Shown piece after piece: positions 4,845-14,694 of a stretch of DNA of 32,359 nt. Below the pieces are notes generated by a model. The model worked only from the letters and a program-made list of their open reading frames with translations. It was not told where the DNA came from and ran no database searches. Location of the stretch: the NCBI GenBank assembly GCA_016782495.1, contig JADHYL010000001.1:1-32359 (forward strand). The letters are read 5' to 3'. This DNA comes from Candidatus Omnitrophota bacterium. GTDB taxonomy: Bacteria; Omnitrophota; Gorgyraeia; JABMRN01; RBG-13-46-9. Position numbers and translations under genes: made by a program. How positions within the stretch are numbered: the first letter of the stretch is position 1; each line of letters opens with the position of its first letter.

Positions 4845-5303
4845 TTATTCTGTGCCTTTCGGCGATCCGCTCCGAACGGCGGTCTTTTCAATCGGCAGAT
4901 AAACTTGGACCTTCACTTTTTTAAAACTGATCGACCGGGAGAGGTTCTCTAACTCTACATCCAGTATTTTGCTTTTCGTGTGCTCGCTGAGGTCTATGGG
5001 CTTGGTGTACGCAAACTCCTTTTTTGCCAGAACGTTTGCGGGTCCGGCAACCATGAGATATTCGGGATCAATCTTGACATTCTCCTCGAGCAATTTATAC
5101 CCTTCGGGTGGCTCACTCACGAAGATAGGTTTGATGAATAATTGGGCAGCGGTATAGGAAATTGGCGACAGAAATTTCTGCAAAACCGTTTTCCCCTCGC
5201 CCCCTTTCGCAACCTCGCCGATGTAAACCCACGTTATAAAAGCCAAAAGAAGCGACAGCGATTTAAGTCCAACGTTGTGAAATATGATTTTTCTTGTCTT
5301 CAT
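4845..5303 (-). CDS. cdaR: YbbR-domain protein, probable CdaA regulator
   Basis: N-terminal TM anchor followed by YbbR-like beta repeats (VKVQVYLPIEK etc.). It is translationally coupled downstream of cdaA, the conserved cdaA-cdaR pairing. Confidence 0.65.
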   Translation of the reverse strand: MKTRKIIFHNVGLKSLSLLLAFITWVYIGEVAKGGEGKTVLQKFLSPISYTAAQLFIKPIFVSEPPEGYKLLEENVKIDPEYLMVAGPANVLAKKEFAYTKPIDLSEHTKSKILDVELENLSRSISFKKVKVQVYLPIEKTAVRSGSPKGTE

Positions 5304-6109
5304 TTTTCGGGACCATTGCTGACCATTCTCGATATGACTCTATCCCAGAAGTCAAATACCGATTTTTTCGACTTTTTTGGTCTAAAAATATTGTTTAATG
5401 ACCGAGCGAATTCTTTTTCATCCAGATGCCGGGTAAGCTTCCCGTTTACGGAAAGTGATACATCTCCCGTTTCTTCACTTACAACCACCACAACCGCATC
5501 GGTTTCTTCGCTTAACCCCATCCCCGCCCTGTGCCGGGTGCCAAGGGAACTACTTACATGCGGATTCTGTGTAAGTGGAAAAAGACACCCCGCTGCCGAA
5601 ATAATCGATCCTTGCACTATAACACCACCGTCGTGCAAAGGTGTAGTCGGAGTAAATATCGTGTTTAAAAGTTCGCTTGTAACATGGCTGTCCATTTTTA
5701 TTCCGCTTTCAATATAGGGACGAAGCCCTATCTCTCTTTCGATTGCGATGAGAGCACCTATTTTTTTCTTGGAGAGAACAATCGCAGCCTTTACAATTTC
5801 CTCTAAAGTTTGTTGTTGGCCGGAAAACATGCCGAACTGCCCAATCCGAGCCAGGCCGCGCCTCAATTCAGGCTGGAATATGATCACGAAGGCGATAACG
5901 GATATCGTGAAAAGCTTTGTCAATATCCAATTTATGGTTTCGAGCTGAAGTTCTTTAGTTACCAAAAATGCGATAAGGAGTATGACGATGCCTTTTAAGA
6001 CCTGGAGGGCACGTGTACCCTTTATAAAGAGAAGCAGCATGTAAAAGACAAACCAGAGTATCGCGATTTCTATAAGAATTTTACTCAGTTCAATATACTC
6101 AACAATCAT
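5300..6109 (-). CDS. cdaA: Diadenylate cyclase CdaA (DisA_N domain, three N-terminal TM helices)
   Basis: LHDGGVIV (DGA-type) and GTRHRAG (RHR) motifs, SEETG..S tail and an N-terminal membrane domain. Confidence 0.92.
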   Translation of the reverse strand: MIVEYIELSKILIEIAILWFVFYMLLLFIKGTRALQVLKGIVILLIAFLVTKELQLETINWILTKLFTISVIAFVIIFQPELRRGLARIGQFGMFSGQQQTLEEIVKAAIVLSKKKIGALIAIEREIGLRPYIESGIKMDSHVTSELLNTIFTPTTPLHDGGVIVQGSIISAAGCLFPLTQNPHVSSSLGTRHRAGMGLSEETDAVVVVVSEETGDVSLSVNGKLTRHLDEKEFARSLNNIFRPKKSKKSVFDFWDRVISRMVSNGPEK

Positions 6110-6977
6110 GTCTCGGACTTCCCTTCACAGCGTCAGCCATTCTTGCGACGTCGACCATTTCCTTAATGTCATGCACGCGGATTATATTTGCGCCCTTTAG
6201 AATCGATAGCGCACAAGTAGCGGCTGTTCCCATAAGTCGTTCGGGCACTTCTTTGTTTAGCAGCCTTCCGATGAAAGATTTTCGCGAAGGGCCGATAAGT
6301 ATAGGTTTATCAAGTATCTCGAGATCGGAGAGCCTATTTATTATTGTAAGATTGTGTTCTGTGGTTTTTCCGAAACCAATGCCAGGATCGACAATAATCT
6401 TATCCGGTGAAACCCCGGCCCCGAGTGCAATATCGATCGACTCCTCGAGACTCTCAATAATCTCAAGCATTAGGTCATTATAGATCGGATTGTCCTGCAT
6501 GTCCTTCGGCGCGCCTTTTATATGCATGACAGAAATCGCTACACCGGAGTCAGAAATAACATGAGCCATTTTGGGATCGGCCTTAAGACCGGTGATGTCG
6601 TTCACCATCGAAGCACCTGCTTTAATGGCCTCGCGGGCAACCTCGTGTTTTGAGGTATCTATCGAAACGGGAACGTCCATTTCTTGCGATATCTTTTTTA
6701 TTATCGGCACGGTGCGATTTAGTTCTTCGGAAAGGCCGGCAGAGCCAGATCCTGGCCTTGTGGATTCACCCCCTATGTCGATGATGTCCGCCCCTTCGTT
6801 TACCATTTTTCGGACATGGTTAAGGGCTGCGGTTTCGTTCATAAATTTTCCACCGTCCGAAAACGAGTCAGGGGTTCTGTTTAGAATACCCATAAGGTGC
6901 GTTCGCTCGCCAAGCCCGAGCAAAAATCTTCCGCACCTCAGTTCATGCTTTCTTTTTTTGTTTATCGCTATCGGCAT
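6099..6977 (-). CDS. folP: Dihydropteroate synthase
   Basis: MGILNRTPDSFSDGGKF, DIGGESTRPG, SIDT and NDI motifs. It overlaps the ftsH 3' end by 35 nt if the start is at 6977. Confidence 0.92.
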   Translation of the reverse strand: MPIAINKKRKHELRCGRFLLGLGERTHLMGILNRTPDSFSDGGKFMNETAALNHVRKMVNEGADIIDIGGESTRPGSGSAGLSEELNRTVPIIKKISQEMDVPVSIDTSKHEVAREAIKAGASMVNDITGLKADPKMAHVISDSGVAISVMHIKGAPKDMQDNPIYNDLMLEIIESLEESIDIALGAGVSPDKIIVDPGIGFGKTTEHNLTIINRLSDLEILDKPILIGPSRKSFIGRLLNKEVPERLMGTAATCALSILKGANIIRVHDIKEMVDVARMADAVKGSPRHDC

Positions 6978-8847
6978 CCGGTTTTTCCTCTTTGAGCCCG
7001 AGGAGTTTCCTTACTTCCCTATCGTCCATAACCTCTTTTTCCAAAAGAGTATCGGCAAGAAGTTTTAATTTGCTTTTGTTTTTTAAAAGCGTATCCTTTG
7101 CTTCCTGGTAACACCCGTCGATAATATTCTTGATTTCTTGGTCAATCATCATGGCCGTCTCGTTGCTATAATTTTTCTCTTCATGTATATCCCTTCCCAA
7201 GAAAATCTCTGCGTGCCTTTTGCCGTAAGTCAAATGGCCCAGCTTCTCGCTCATGCCGAACTGCGTTACCATGTTGCGGGTGATTTCCGATACAGTGGCT
7301 AAATCATTGTGGGCGCCGGTAGAAAATTGTTCAAAGTGTATCTCTTCAGCCGCCCTGCCGCCCAATGCCACGATTAATTTTGCTATTATCTGACTTCTCG
7401 TTGTTATGTACCTGTCCTGCTTCGGGGGATTAAATGTGTATCCCAGGGCCATGCCCCTTGAGATTATCGTTACCTTGTGCATGGGGTCCGCTTCGGGCGT
7501 CGTAAGCGAGAGAAGCGCATGACCGGATTCATGATAAGCTATGATGGTTTTTTCTTCTTTCGTGATGACGCGTGATTTGCGCTGCGGCCCGGCCATCACA
7601 CGCTCTATTGATTCTTCCAGATCTTCCTGTGTTACGGCCGGTTTATTTTTACGTGCGCCTAAGAGGGCTGCTTCATTGACAAGATTTGCCAGATCCGCGC
7701 CCGAAAATCCGGGCGTCTGGCTCGCAATCCTTTTGAAATCAACATTCTTGTCAAGCTTGACCTTTTTGGCGTGAACATTCAATATTGCCTGCCTGCCTAC
7801 GATATCCGGCCGGTCAATTATTATGTGTCTATCGAAGCGCCCCGGCCTTAAAAGCGCCGGATCCAGTACGTCCGGCCTGTTTGTCGCCGCTATCAGAATT
7901 ACGCCCGCCTGCGTGTCAAAACCATCCATCTCAACAAGCAAGGCATTTAGCGTTTGCTCTCTTTCGTCGTGCCCGCCGCCTATGCCGGCAAAACGCTGTC
8001 GGCCGACCGCATCAATTTCATCGAGAAATATGATACATCCTTTTTTGGTGACCTTTACGCTTTTTTTTGCCTGTTCGAAGAGATCCCTTACGCGGGAAGC
8101 GCCAACCCCTACAAACATCTCAACAAAGTCCGAACCAGAGATGCTGAAGAAAGGAACCTTTGCCTCGCCGGCCACCGCCTTGGCCAAAAGCGTTTTCCCT
8201 GTTCCCGGCGGCCCTACGACAAGTACGCCTTTCGGCATCTTTCCGCCCAACCGCTGGAATTTTTTAGGATCTGTAAGGAACTCTATGATTTCCCTTAACT
8301 CTTCTTTTGCCTCGTCCACGCCGGCGACGTCTTCAAACGTTATCCGCATGTGTTCTTCGGTCGCAAGCTTTGCCCTTGATTTTCCGAATGAAAGAATCCT
8401 GCCACCTCCGCTGGCTGAGGCTCCACGATATATAAAGAACCACAAAAACAGCATAAAAAGGATCATGGGGCCCAATGAATAGAAGAGATTTGCAAAGAAT
8501 GTTCTCGGCGGCTTTATGTCGAAATCTTTTACATTGTCCCTGAGAAGCGAAAGGAGTGCCGGGTCGTTTTCTGGTACGTCGACAATGTATCTTCTTCCGT
8601 CGATAAGCTTGCCGTTTACCCTCTCGTTTATTTTGACGGCGGACGCGACACGCTCGTTCGAAGGGTTATCGCGCAGCATGTCGAAAAATTCCTTATAGGT
8701 TATCTCAAGCGGGGCCTTCTCGAACGTCACGGATGCCCATTGAATTAGATACATGACGGCAAAAACAATCAAGGCGAAAAGAATCAGGTTCTTTCCGTTC
8801 GGTGGCTTTTTTTGGTCCTTCTTTTTGGGAGTCTGTTCGTTTTTCAT
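6943..8847 (-). CDS. ftsH: ATP-dependent zinc metalloprotease FtsH
   Basis: Two N-terminal TM segments, Walker [22 protein letters not shown] region, and zinc site HESGHAL. 634 aa. Confidence 0.97.
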   Translation of the reverse strand: MKNEQTPKKKDQKKPPNGKNLILFALIVFAVMYLIQWASVTFEKAPLEITYKEFFDMLRDNPSNERVASAVKINERVNGKLIDGRRYIVDVPENDPALLSLLRDNVKDFDIKPPRTFFANLFYSLGPMILFMLFLWFFIYRGASASGGGRILSFGKSRAKLATEEHMRITFEDVAGVDEAKEELREIIEFLTDPKKFQRLGGKMPKGVLVVGPPGTGKTLLAKAVAGEAKVPFFSISGSDFVEMFVGVGASRVRDLFEQAKKSVKVTKKGCIIFLDEIDAVGRQRFAGIGGGHDEREQTLNALLVEMDGFDTQAGVILIAATNRPDVLDPALLRPGRFDRHIIIDRPDIVGRQAILNVHAKKVKLDKNVDFKRIASQTPGFSGADLANLVNEAALLGARKNKPAVTQEDLEESIERVMAGPQRKSRVITKEEKTIIAYHESGHALLSLTTPEADPMHKVTIISRGMALGYTFNPPKQDRYITTRSQIIAKLIVALGGRAAEEIHFEQFSTGAHNDLATVSEITRNMVTQFGMSEKLGHLTYGKRHAEIFLGRDIHEEKNYSNETAMMIDQEIKNIIDGCYQEAKDTLLKNKSKLKLLADTLLEKEVMDDREVRKLLGLKEEKPDADSDKQKKKA

Positions 8848-8858
8848 GTTAGCTTAAT

Positions 8859-8887
8859 ATAATACCAAATATACCAACATTTATCAA
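8859..8887 (-). promoter_or_regulatory. Sigma70-type promoter for ftsH, very close to the start codon
   Basis: Minus strand: TTGATA (8882-8887), 17-nt spacer, TATTAT (8859-8864). Only 11 nt separate the -10 from the ftsH ATG (8845-8847), and no SD is visible. Confidence 0.5.
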
Positions 8888-8911
8888 TGCTTTTCGCACC
8901 GAGAGAGTCGC

Positions 8912-9892
8912 TTACTTCGTAAAAATTAAACGATCGCGCACCTTACACATCTTAACGCTACCCGGCAGATCCATCGATTTACCGATTTTTTTGGCGCGTA
9001 TAAAAATGTCGATATCCTTCCAGTGCCTGAAGGTCAGTTTCTTGATGTTTGCGCCGACAGCCTTTAGCGCTTCTCTTACGATTTCTTTCCGTAGCGCTTT
9101 GGGTTGCAAAAAGATGTCTCTGAGGCTTATGTAACACAGCGCTTTCTTCGTCTTTATGATGCGTATTCGTTTCGCCTTTTCTTCCTCGATGAATTCAAAA
9201 TCCTCCCTAAGCGACTCGGCCAGATTAAAAAGAGACCTTTTTATGCGGGGATTGGTTTTTTCAAGATACGGAAGTATCCTGTTTCTTACCCGATTTCTCA
9301 AGAACCTGTCTTCTCGGTTTGTTTTGTCAACCCTGAAGCGGATCTTTTTCTTGTGTAGATATTCTAGCATACCGTTTTTCTCCAGTTCGACGAGCGGGCG
9401 TATAAATTTTATACTGCCAGTGTTCCACAGAGGGTGAATTCCCACAATGCCTTTAAGGGAAGTGCCTTTTATCACGCGCATAAGGACTGTTTCGGCTTGA
9501 TCGTCCAGCGTGTGAGCCGTCGCAACGACTTTTGCTCCAAGCTTTATTGCAGCTTTTTTGAAAAAATTGTACCTTTTTTCCCGCAGCCTTTCTTCCAAGG
9601 ATAATTTTGATTTGGTTTTTTTTGAACTTAGTTTCGTGAAAGCCAACTTTAAACCGAGTGATCCCGCAAGATCTTTTACAAAAAGGGCGTCTTGTCGGGA
9701 TTCTTTGCCCCGGATGGCGTGGTCAATATGCGCGACGCATAGTTTGATGCCCAGCCGATTTTTTAGACGATTCAAACTGTGTAGAAGGAATACCGAGTCC
9801 GGTCCGCCGGAGACCGCCACCATGACCCTGTCTCCCTTGCGTAGCATGTCGTAGCGCGCGATGGTATTGAGGATTTGTTGCATGAGGTCCAT
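8912..9892 (-). CDS. tilS: tRNA(Ile)-lysidine synthase
   Basis: PP-loop VAVSGGPDSVFLL. Family-typical length (326 aa) and the conserved tilS-ftsH neighbourhood. Confidence 0.9.
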   Translation of the reverse strand: MDLMQQILNTIARYDMLRKGDRVMVAVSGGPDSVFLLHSLNRLKNRLGIKLCVAHIDHAIRGKESRQDALFVKDLAGSLGLKLAFTKLSSKKTKSKLSLEERLREKRYNFFKKAAIKLGAKVVATAHTLDDQAETVLMRVIKGTSLKGIVGIHPLWNTGSIKFIRPLVELEKNGMLEYLHKKKIRFRVDKTNREDRFLRNRVRNRILPYLEKTNPRIKRSLFNLAESLREDFEFIEEEKAKRIRIIKTKKALCYISLRDIFLQPKALRKEIVREALKAVGANIKKLTFRHWKDIDIFIRAKKIGKSMDLPGSVKMCKVRDRLIFTK

Positions 9893-9934
9893 TATTTCAG
9901 ACAGCGCTTATAATTTCATTTAAGATTACAAATT

Positions 9935-10011
9935 TGGTAGCGGCGAGTGGACTCGAACCACTGACACTGCGGGTATGAGCCGCATGCTCTAACCAGCTGA
10001 GCTACGCCGCC
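9935..10011 (-). tRNA. tRNA with CAT anticodon (elongator Met or lysidine-modified Ile2; not initiator), CCA encoded
   Basis: Minus strand: GGCGGCGTAGCTCAGCTGGTTAGAGCATGCGGCTCATACCCGCAGTGTCAGTGGTTCGAGTCCACTCGCCGCTACCA. Position 1:72 is G-U, with no C1xA72 mismatch, and the anticodon stem lacks the GGG/CCC run, so it is not tRNA-fMet. Confidence 0.9.
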
Positions 10012-10032
10012 ACGTATTTTCAATTGACAATA

Positions 10033-10061
10033 ACTATATATTATTGCCCAAATTTTGTCAA
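10033..10061 (-). promoter_or_regulatory. Sigma70-type promoter for tRNA(CAT)
   Basis: Minus strand: TTGACA (10056-10061), 17-nt spacer, TATAGT (10033-10038). The tRNA 5' end is 21 nt downstream of the -10. Confidence 0.6.
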
Positions 10062-10103
10062 GTCAAACCGAGGTATAGACTTACGCTCTGGCCGCCGAAG
10101 ACT

Positions 10104-11066
10104 TCAACTAGGCGGGAAATTAAGCTTTCCCCGGAGGCCGCTTGAGATATGGAATTGGCCTTCTTCGTCTATAATGACGCATTCCGCACCGTCAACACCC
10201 TCGATAAGCGAGACTCCGCTACGCGGATCTAATATGTATAGAGCCGTTGCCAGCGCATCCGCTGTCATGCAGTCGTTTGCGACCACGGTTACGCTTTCTA
10301 AAATTTTTTCTACGGGGCGGCCCGTTCTCGGATCAATTATATGAGAGATTCTTCGCTTGCCGTTAAATTCTTCAAACCTTTCGTAGCCGCCCGAGGTAGC
10401 CACACCCTTATCCCGCATCTCGAATGTCGCTATAATTTTTTCCGGATCAGCCGGATTGCGAATGCCGATTTTCCACCCCTTGCCTCGGGCACCTCCCATG
10501 CAGTACATATCGCCGCCCGCGTTAACAAGGGCATTTGTGATGCGCAATTTCTTTAAAATTTTTATTCCTTCATCGACAATAAATCCTTTTGCTATACCAC
10601 CCAGGTTTAACTTCACACCTTCGTATTTCAAACTAACAGTTTTTGTTCTTTTGTCGAGTATCCAGCTATCCCGGCCTGCCGGTTTTTCCGCTTGGTTAAT
10701 TTTGTTTTCGCTTGGAAATGCAACGTCAAACACGCCGCCTGTTTGGTTGTAAAAGTTCCGCGATGCACGAAGGACCTCAAACATCTCTTCCGAAACGGAA
10801 AAGATTTCCCCCGGTTTTAATTTATTTATTCTAGAGAGCTCGCTTGAGCGGGAAAAGTAGTCAAACCTTTTGCTCAACCGCTCCATCCGAGAGAGCGTTT
10901 TTTTGATTGCACTGATTCCTTTTGCCCTGCTTGCGACATTTTTGACTTCGATCTGGCCAAAGGTGTCCATAAGTACGATATTTTCTGTAACCGAAGTGCC
11001 CCTGGAACACCCCGAAAGGAGAGCGGTGCAAAGAAGAATGGCGGGAAATATTTTACCTTTAATCAT
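10104..11066 (-). CDS. apbE: FAD:protein FMN transferase (ApbE family) lipoprotein
   Basis: Lipobox LLSGCS at the N-terminus; LGGIAKGF and ATSGGYER motifs. Confidence 0.85.
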   Translation of the reverse strand: MIKGKIFPAILLCTALLSGCSRGTSVTENIVLMDTFGQIEVKNVASRAKGISAIKKTLSRMERLSKRFDYFSRSSELSRINKLKPGEIFSVSEEMFEVLRASRNFYNQTGGVFDVAFPSENKINQAEKPAGRDSWILDKRTKTVSLKYEGVKLNLGGIAKGFIVDEGIKILKKLRITNALVNAGGDMYCMGGARGKGWKIGIRNPADPEKIIATFEMRDKGVATSGGYERFEEFNGKRRISHIIDPRTGRPVEKILESVTVVANDCMTADALATALYILDPRSGVSLIEGVDGAECVIIDEEGQFHISSGLRGKLNFPPS

Positions 11067-11083
11067 CGAACGTTTTCGAGAAT

Positions 11084-12784
11084 TTAGAATAAACCGACTA
11101 CCTTTCCCTCTTCGGTAACGTTTATTTTTATGCCGCGGGGAATTTTTGGCAATCCCGGCATCGTCTTGATGTTGGCGCAGAAAGCAATTATGAAGCCGGC
11201 ACCGTTATAAATCCGAAAGTCTTCAACGGGCAGCTTAAAGCCATGAGGCCTTCCTTTTCGCTTTGGATTATGGGACAACGAAAGGTGCGTTTTGGCGATG
11301 CATACCGGAAGGTTATCCAGTTTAAGTTTTTTGTATAGGGCGACTTTTTTGCTCGCGCTATCGGAAAAAATCACTTCTTTTGCGCCGTAAAGCGTTTTTG
11401 CAATCCTTCTTACCGTGTCTTTTACGGGCATGTCAACCGGGTAGAGAAACCTGAAGCCGTGTTTTATCTTGCACGCCGCTATGACGGCTTCGGCAAGCTC
11501 TATTCCTCCCTGCCCGCCCGTAGCCCACGCGTCACTTACGGCCACGCCGTTTACACCCAACCCGAGGATTCGTCTTTTGATGGCGGCTAGTTCTTTTTCC
11601 GTATCGTCGGTGAAACGGTTTATGCAGACGATGACCGGTACACCGAAATTTTTCAAATTCTCGATCTGTTTTTCCATATTTGAAAAACCTCTTTCGACGG
11701 CAGATACGTTCTCGCGCGACAGTTCTCTCGGCGGTTTCCCCGCATTTATTTCAACGTCTCCGCTGTGCATCTTAAGCGCGCGCGTCGTGCAAACAATTAC
11801 GACCGCATCCGGTTTGAAACCGGCAATTCTACATTTTATGTCAAAAGATTTTTCCGCTCCGAGGTCCGCTCCGAATCCTGTTTCCGAAATGACATAATCG
11901 GAGAGCGCGAGAGCAATTTTATCCGCCACAATCGAACTTGCGCCAAGCGAGATATTGCCAACCGAGCCAGCGTGAACGAAACATGGAGTGCCTTCGGTCG
12001 TCTGAAGCAAATTTGGTTTCAGGGCGTCCTTTAAAAGAGCACTCACCGCTCCTGCGACCTTTATGTGTTCGCACGTAATGGGGTTACCCTTTTTGGTAAA
12101 ACCGAGAATAATTTTCCCTATTCGTTCCTTTAAATCTTTTATATCACTTGCAAGCGTTAAAATCGCCATGAGCTCGCTCGTGGAGGTTGTTTCAAAGCCC
12201 GTCCTTCGCGAAATTCCGTCTGTTTTGCTACCAAGCCCTATATTTACGTTTCTTAAAAACCGGTCATTTATCCCTGTTACCCTTTTCCACACGATGGACT
12301 CAGGATCTATATCCAACGGGTTTCCTCTAAAAATAGAATTATCCAGATATGAGGCGCATAGATTATTGGCCGCTTCTACAGCATAGCTGTCTCCCGTAAG
12401 ATGCAGGTTGATATCTTCAGACGGAAAAACCCGGGCGTTACCCCCGCCTGTTGCGGTTCCCTTCATGCCGAAAACGCCTCCTAGGGAAGGTTGCGTTATG
12501 CAGGAGACAGCTTTTTTCTTAAGTTTTGCAAAGGCCATTGAGAGACCTATCGTGGTAAGCGTTTTTCCTTCTCCGAGAAGACTCGGCGTAATTGATGAAA
12601 CTAATACATATTTTCCGGTCTTTTTCTTCTTTAAGGCATTGAGTATGTCAAGCGATACCTTCGCCTTATACGGCCCGCAGAGTTCCAAATACTTCTTTTT
12701 GATTCCAATAGATTGTGCGACTTCAGCTATGCCCCTAAGATGAATTTTAGTGTTTCTTTTTCTGGTGGTAGAACCCTTTTGCAT
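11084..12784 (-). CDS. fhs: Formate--tetrahydrofolate ligase
   Basis: SSITPSLLGEGKTLTTIGL P-loop region, 566 aa, collinear with FTHFS throughout. AAGGAGAG SD upstream. Confidence 0.95.
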   Translation of the reverse strand: MQKGSTTRKRNTKIHLRGIAEVAQSIGIKKKYLELCGPYKAKVSLDILNALKKKKTGKYVLVSSITPSLLGEGKTLTTIGLSMAFAKLKKKAVSCITQPSLGGVFGMKGTATGGGNARVFPSEDINLHLTGDSYAVEAANNLCASYLDNSIFRGNPLDIDPESIVWKRVTGINDRFLRNVNIGLGSKTDGISRRTGFETTSTSELMAILTLASDIKDLKERIGKIILGFTKKGNPITCEHIKVAGAVSALLKDALKPNLLQTTEGTPCFVHAGSVGNISLGASSIVADKIALALSDYVISETGFGADLGAEKSFDIKCRIAGFKPDAVVIVCTTRALKMHSGDVEINAGKPPRELSRENVSAVERGFSNMEKQIENLKNFGVPVIVCINRFTDDTEKELAAIKRRILGLGVNGVAVSDAWATGGQGGIELAEAVIAACKIKHGFRFLYPVDMPVKDTVRRIAKTLYGAKEVIFSDSASKKVALYKKLKLDNLPVCIAKTHLSLSHNPKRKGRPHGFKLPVEDFRIYNGAGFIIAFCANIKTMPGLPKIPRGIKINVTEEGKVVGLF

Positions 12785-12845
12785 ACAATCTCTCCTTGTT
12801 TAAATGTAAATGCCATAAAAAGTTACATCTTACCTTGCTATATTG

Positions 12846-12874
12846 ATTATAATTGATAGACAATCCTTTGTCAA
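12846..12874 (-). promoter_or_regulatory. Consensus sigma70 promoter for fhs
   Basis: Minus strand: TTGACA (12869-12874), 17-nt spacer, TATAAT (12846-12851). Confidence 0.65.
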
Positions 12875-12902
12875 TAGGCGAATTTATGCAATTTTTCGCT
12901 TA

Positions 12903-13547
12903 TCAGCGGCTGCGGCGGTTGCTGCCATGGGTATTAACGGGATGAAATGTGAAGCGATGAATGGGCGAAGGTCCGTGTTTCTTGAGGCATCGGATATGTT
13001 CCTTTGTGCCGTAACCCTTATGTCGCAAAAAACCATATTCTGGGTATTTCCGGTGGTATCCTGACATTATCTTGTCGCGCGTAACCTTGGCGATTATCGA
13101 GGCGCAGGCTATGGTAAGGCTCTTTGAATCACCGTCAATGATATAGGCCTTTCTGCAACGGGTTTTTAATATGACTCTTCCGTCAATCAAGAGATAATCG
13201 GGTTTGATGTCAAGATTTTGTACGGCTTTCTCCATGGCGCTGGTGGTTGCATTGAGTATGTTTATCTTGTCAATAATTTTCTCGCTTACAATCCCGATTC
13301 CTATCAGGGCCTTTTTTAGAATTTCTTTATAAGCGAGAAGCCGCATCTTTGGGGTAAGTTTTTTGGAGTCATCGATTCGGTGTTTAAAACGCGTATTTTC
13401 AAGAATAAGAGAAACGGCTACAACAGGCCCTGCGAGAGGGCCTCTGCCCGCTTCGTCAATACCTGCAATACGCCTAAAACCGGCTTTACGCGCCTTCCGT
13501 TCGTGGTAGAGCATCTGAAGGCGTTTGGCGTTCGATCTTCTCTTCAA
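12903..13547 (-). CDS. rnhB: Ribonuclease HII
   Basis: [18 protein letters not shown] catalytic motif and DDSKKL. The start is either 13547 or the ATG at 13511 (MLYHERK). Either start overlaps the rplS 3' end. Confidence 0.9.
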   Translation of the reverse strand: MKRRSNAKRLQMLYHERKARKAGFRRIAGIDEAGRGPLAGPVVAVSLILENTRFKHRIDDSKKLTPKMRLLAYKEILKKALIGIGIVSEKIIDKINILNATTSAMEKAVQNLDIKPDYLLIDGRVILKTRCRKAYIIDGDSKSLTIACASIIAKVTRDKIMSGYHRKYPEYGFLRHKGYGTKEHIRCLKKHGPSPIHRFTFHPVNTHGSNRRSR

Positions 13548-13872
13548 CTTTGGATTTCTTACCTTTCCTTTTTCTCAAGTAATAAAGTTTTGCCCTCCTG
13601 ACGGAACCCTTCTTTTTTATCTTTACCTTCTCTATGGAGGGGGCACAGAGCTGGAAGGTTCTTTCGACACCTTCGCCGTATGATACTCTCCGCACCGTAA
13701 ATGTCGCTTGGGATCCGGAACCCTTTCGCTTTATGACGACACCTTCAAAAACCTGGATCCTCGTTTTCCCTTCCTCTTTTATCTTGACGTGCACCTCTAC
13801 AGTATCGCCAGTGCCGAATTTGGGAAACTCGGGTGTTTTGTGTTTTTCCTTGACTTGTTTTGTTTTATCCAT
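13486..13872 (-). CDS. rplS: 50S ribosomal protein L19
   Basis: [29 protein letters not shown]...[16 protein letters not shown]...[10 protein letters not shown]. The preferred ATG at 13872 (MDKTKQ) has a GGAGA SD. The ORF track extends to 13938. Confidence 0.93.
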   Translation of the reverse strand: MDKTKQVKEKHKTPEFPKFGTGDTVEVHVKIKEEGKTRIQVFEGVVIKRKGSGSQATFTVRRVSYGEGVERTFQLCAPSIEKVKIKKKGSVRRAKLYYLRKRKGKKSKVEEKIERQTPSDALPRTEGA

Positions 13873-13916
13873 TCTTCTGTCTCCTTTGATTTTCTTCCTT
13901 GAACGGTCGAATTGAA

Positions 13917-13941
13917 CCCTTGACATCTTTGATGTCAAGGG
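13917..13941. promoter_or_regulatory. Perfect 11-bp palindromic hairpin between trmD and rplS (attenuator, terminator or operator candidate)
   Basis: CCCTTGACATC-TTT-GATGTCAAGGG. It contains TTGACA on both strands. On the minus strand it is followed by TTCAATT. Confidence 0.4.
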
Positions 13942-13963
13942 TAAATTCGCACTTATAACTTAT

Positions 13964-14674
13964 TTATTTTTTAAACAAATCTTTTCGCATCTTTTTCGTT
14001 CGTTTTAGCGATTCGGCTTTGCGCCACTCTCTAATCGCTTTGTGGTCACCGCTTAAAAGCACCTTGGGAACTTCCCTTTCTTCAAATTTCCGCGGTCTTG
14101 TATACTGAGGATATTCAAGTAAATTGTTTTCGAAGGACTCACAGGTTAAAGACGAACTCGAGCCCAAAACCCCGGGGATCAATCTCGCTACCGCGTCCAA
14201 GACGACCATCGCAGGGATCTCCCCACCCGTAATTATATAGTCGCCTATCGATATTTCATTGGTAGACAAGAAGCGCACCCTTTCATCAACTCCTTCATAA
14301 TGGCCGCATATAAGTATCAAATGCTTTAATTTCGAAAGTCTTTTTGCCAAAGCCTGATTAAATCTTTTACCACCCGGCGTCAGCAATATTATTTTTGTAG
14401 TCTTGTTAAAGCTTTTTTTGTTCCGTATTTTTTTTATGCCTTTTTCACCCAAAATACTCGTTAGTGCCCTATGTATGGGCTCTATCTTCATCACCATGCC
14501 TCCGCCGCCACCGTAAGGTTTATCATCGGCTGTCCTGTGCCTATCCGAGGTCCAGTCCCTTAAGTTATGTATTCTTACGTTAATTTTTTTCTTCTCTTGG
14601 GCTATCCTGAGCATGGACTCACCGAGCACCCCTTTAAACATTTGCGGAAACAGCGTCAGTATATCGACTTTCAT
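13964..14674 (-). CDS. trmD: tRNA (guanine37-N1)-methyltransferase
   Basis: MKVDILTLFPQMF..., YGGGGGMVMK, LICGHYEGVDERV and ISIGDYIITGGEIPAMVVLDAV motifs. Confidence 0.95.
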   Translation of the reverse strand: MKVDILTLFPQMFKGVLGESMLRIAQEKKKINVRIHNLRDWTSDRHRTADDKPYGGGGGMVMKIEPIHRALTSILGEKGIKKIRNKKSFNKTTKIILLTPGGKRFNQALAKRLSKLKHLILICGHYEGVDERVRFLSTNEISIGDYIITGGEIPAMVVLDAVARLIPGVLGSSSSLTCESFENNLLEYPQYTRPRKFEEREVPKVLLSGDHKAIREWRKAESLKRTKKMRKDLFKK

Positions 14675-14694
14675 AAGTTTCGCCGATTAACTAG

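Noticed and set aside
12785-12845. Folate/THF-type riboswitch in the fhs 5' leader (ATGTAA...TTACAT hairpin).
   Set aside because: The leader is only ~55 nt with one weak 6-bp hairpin. That is too short for the THF-I or THF-II architectures, and I see no conserved motif.
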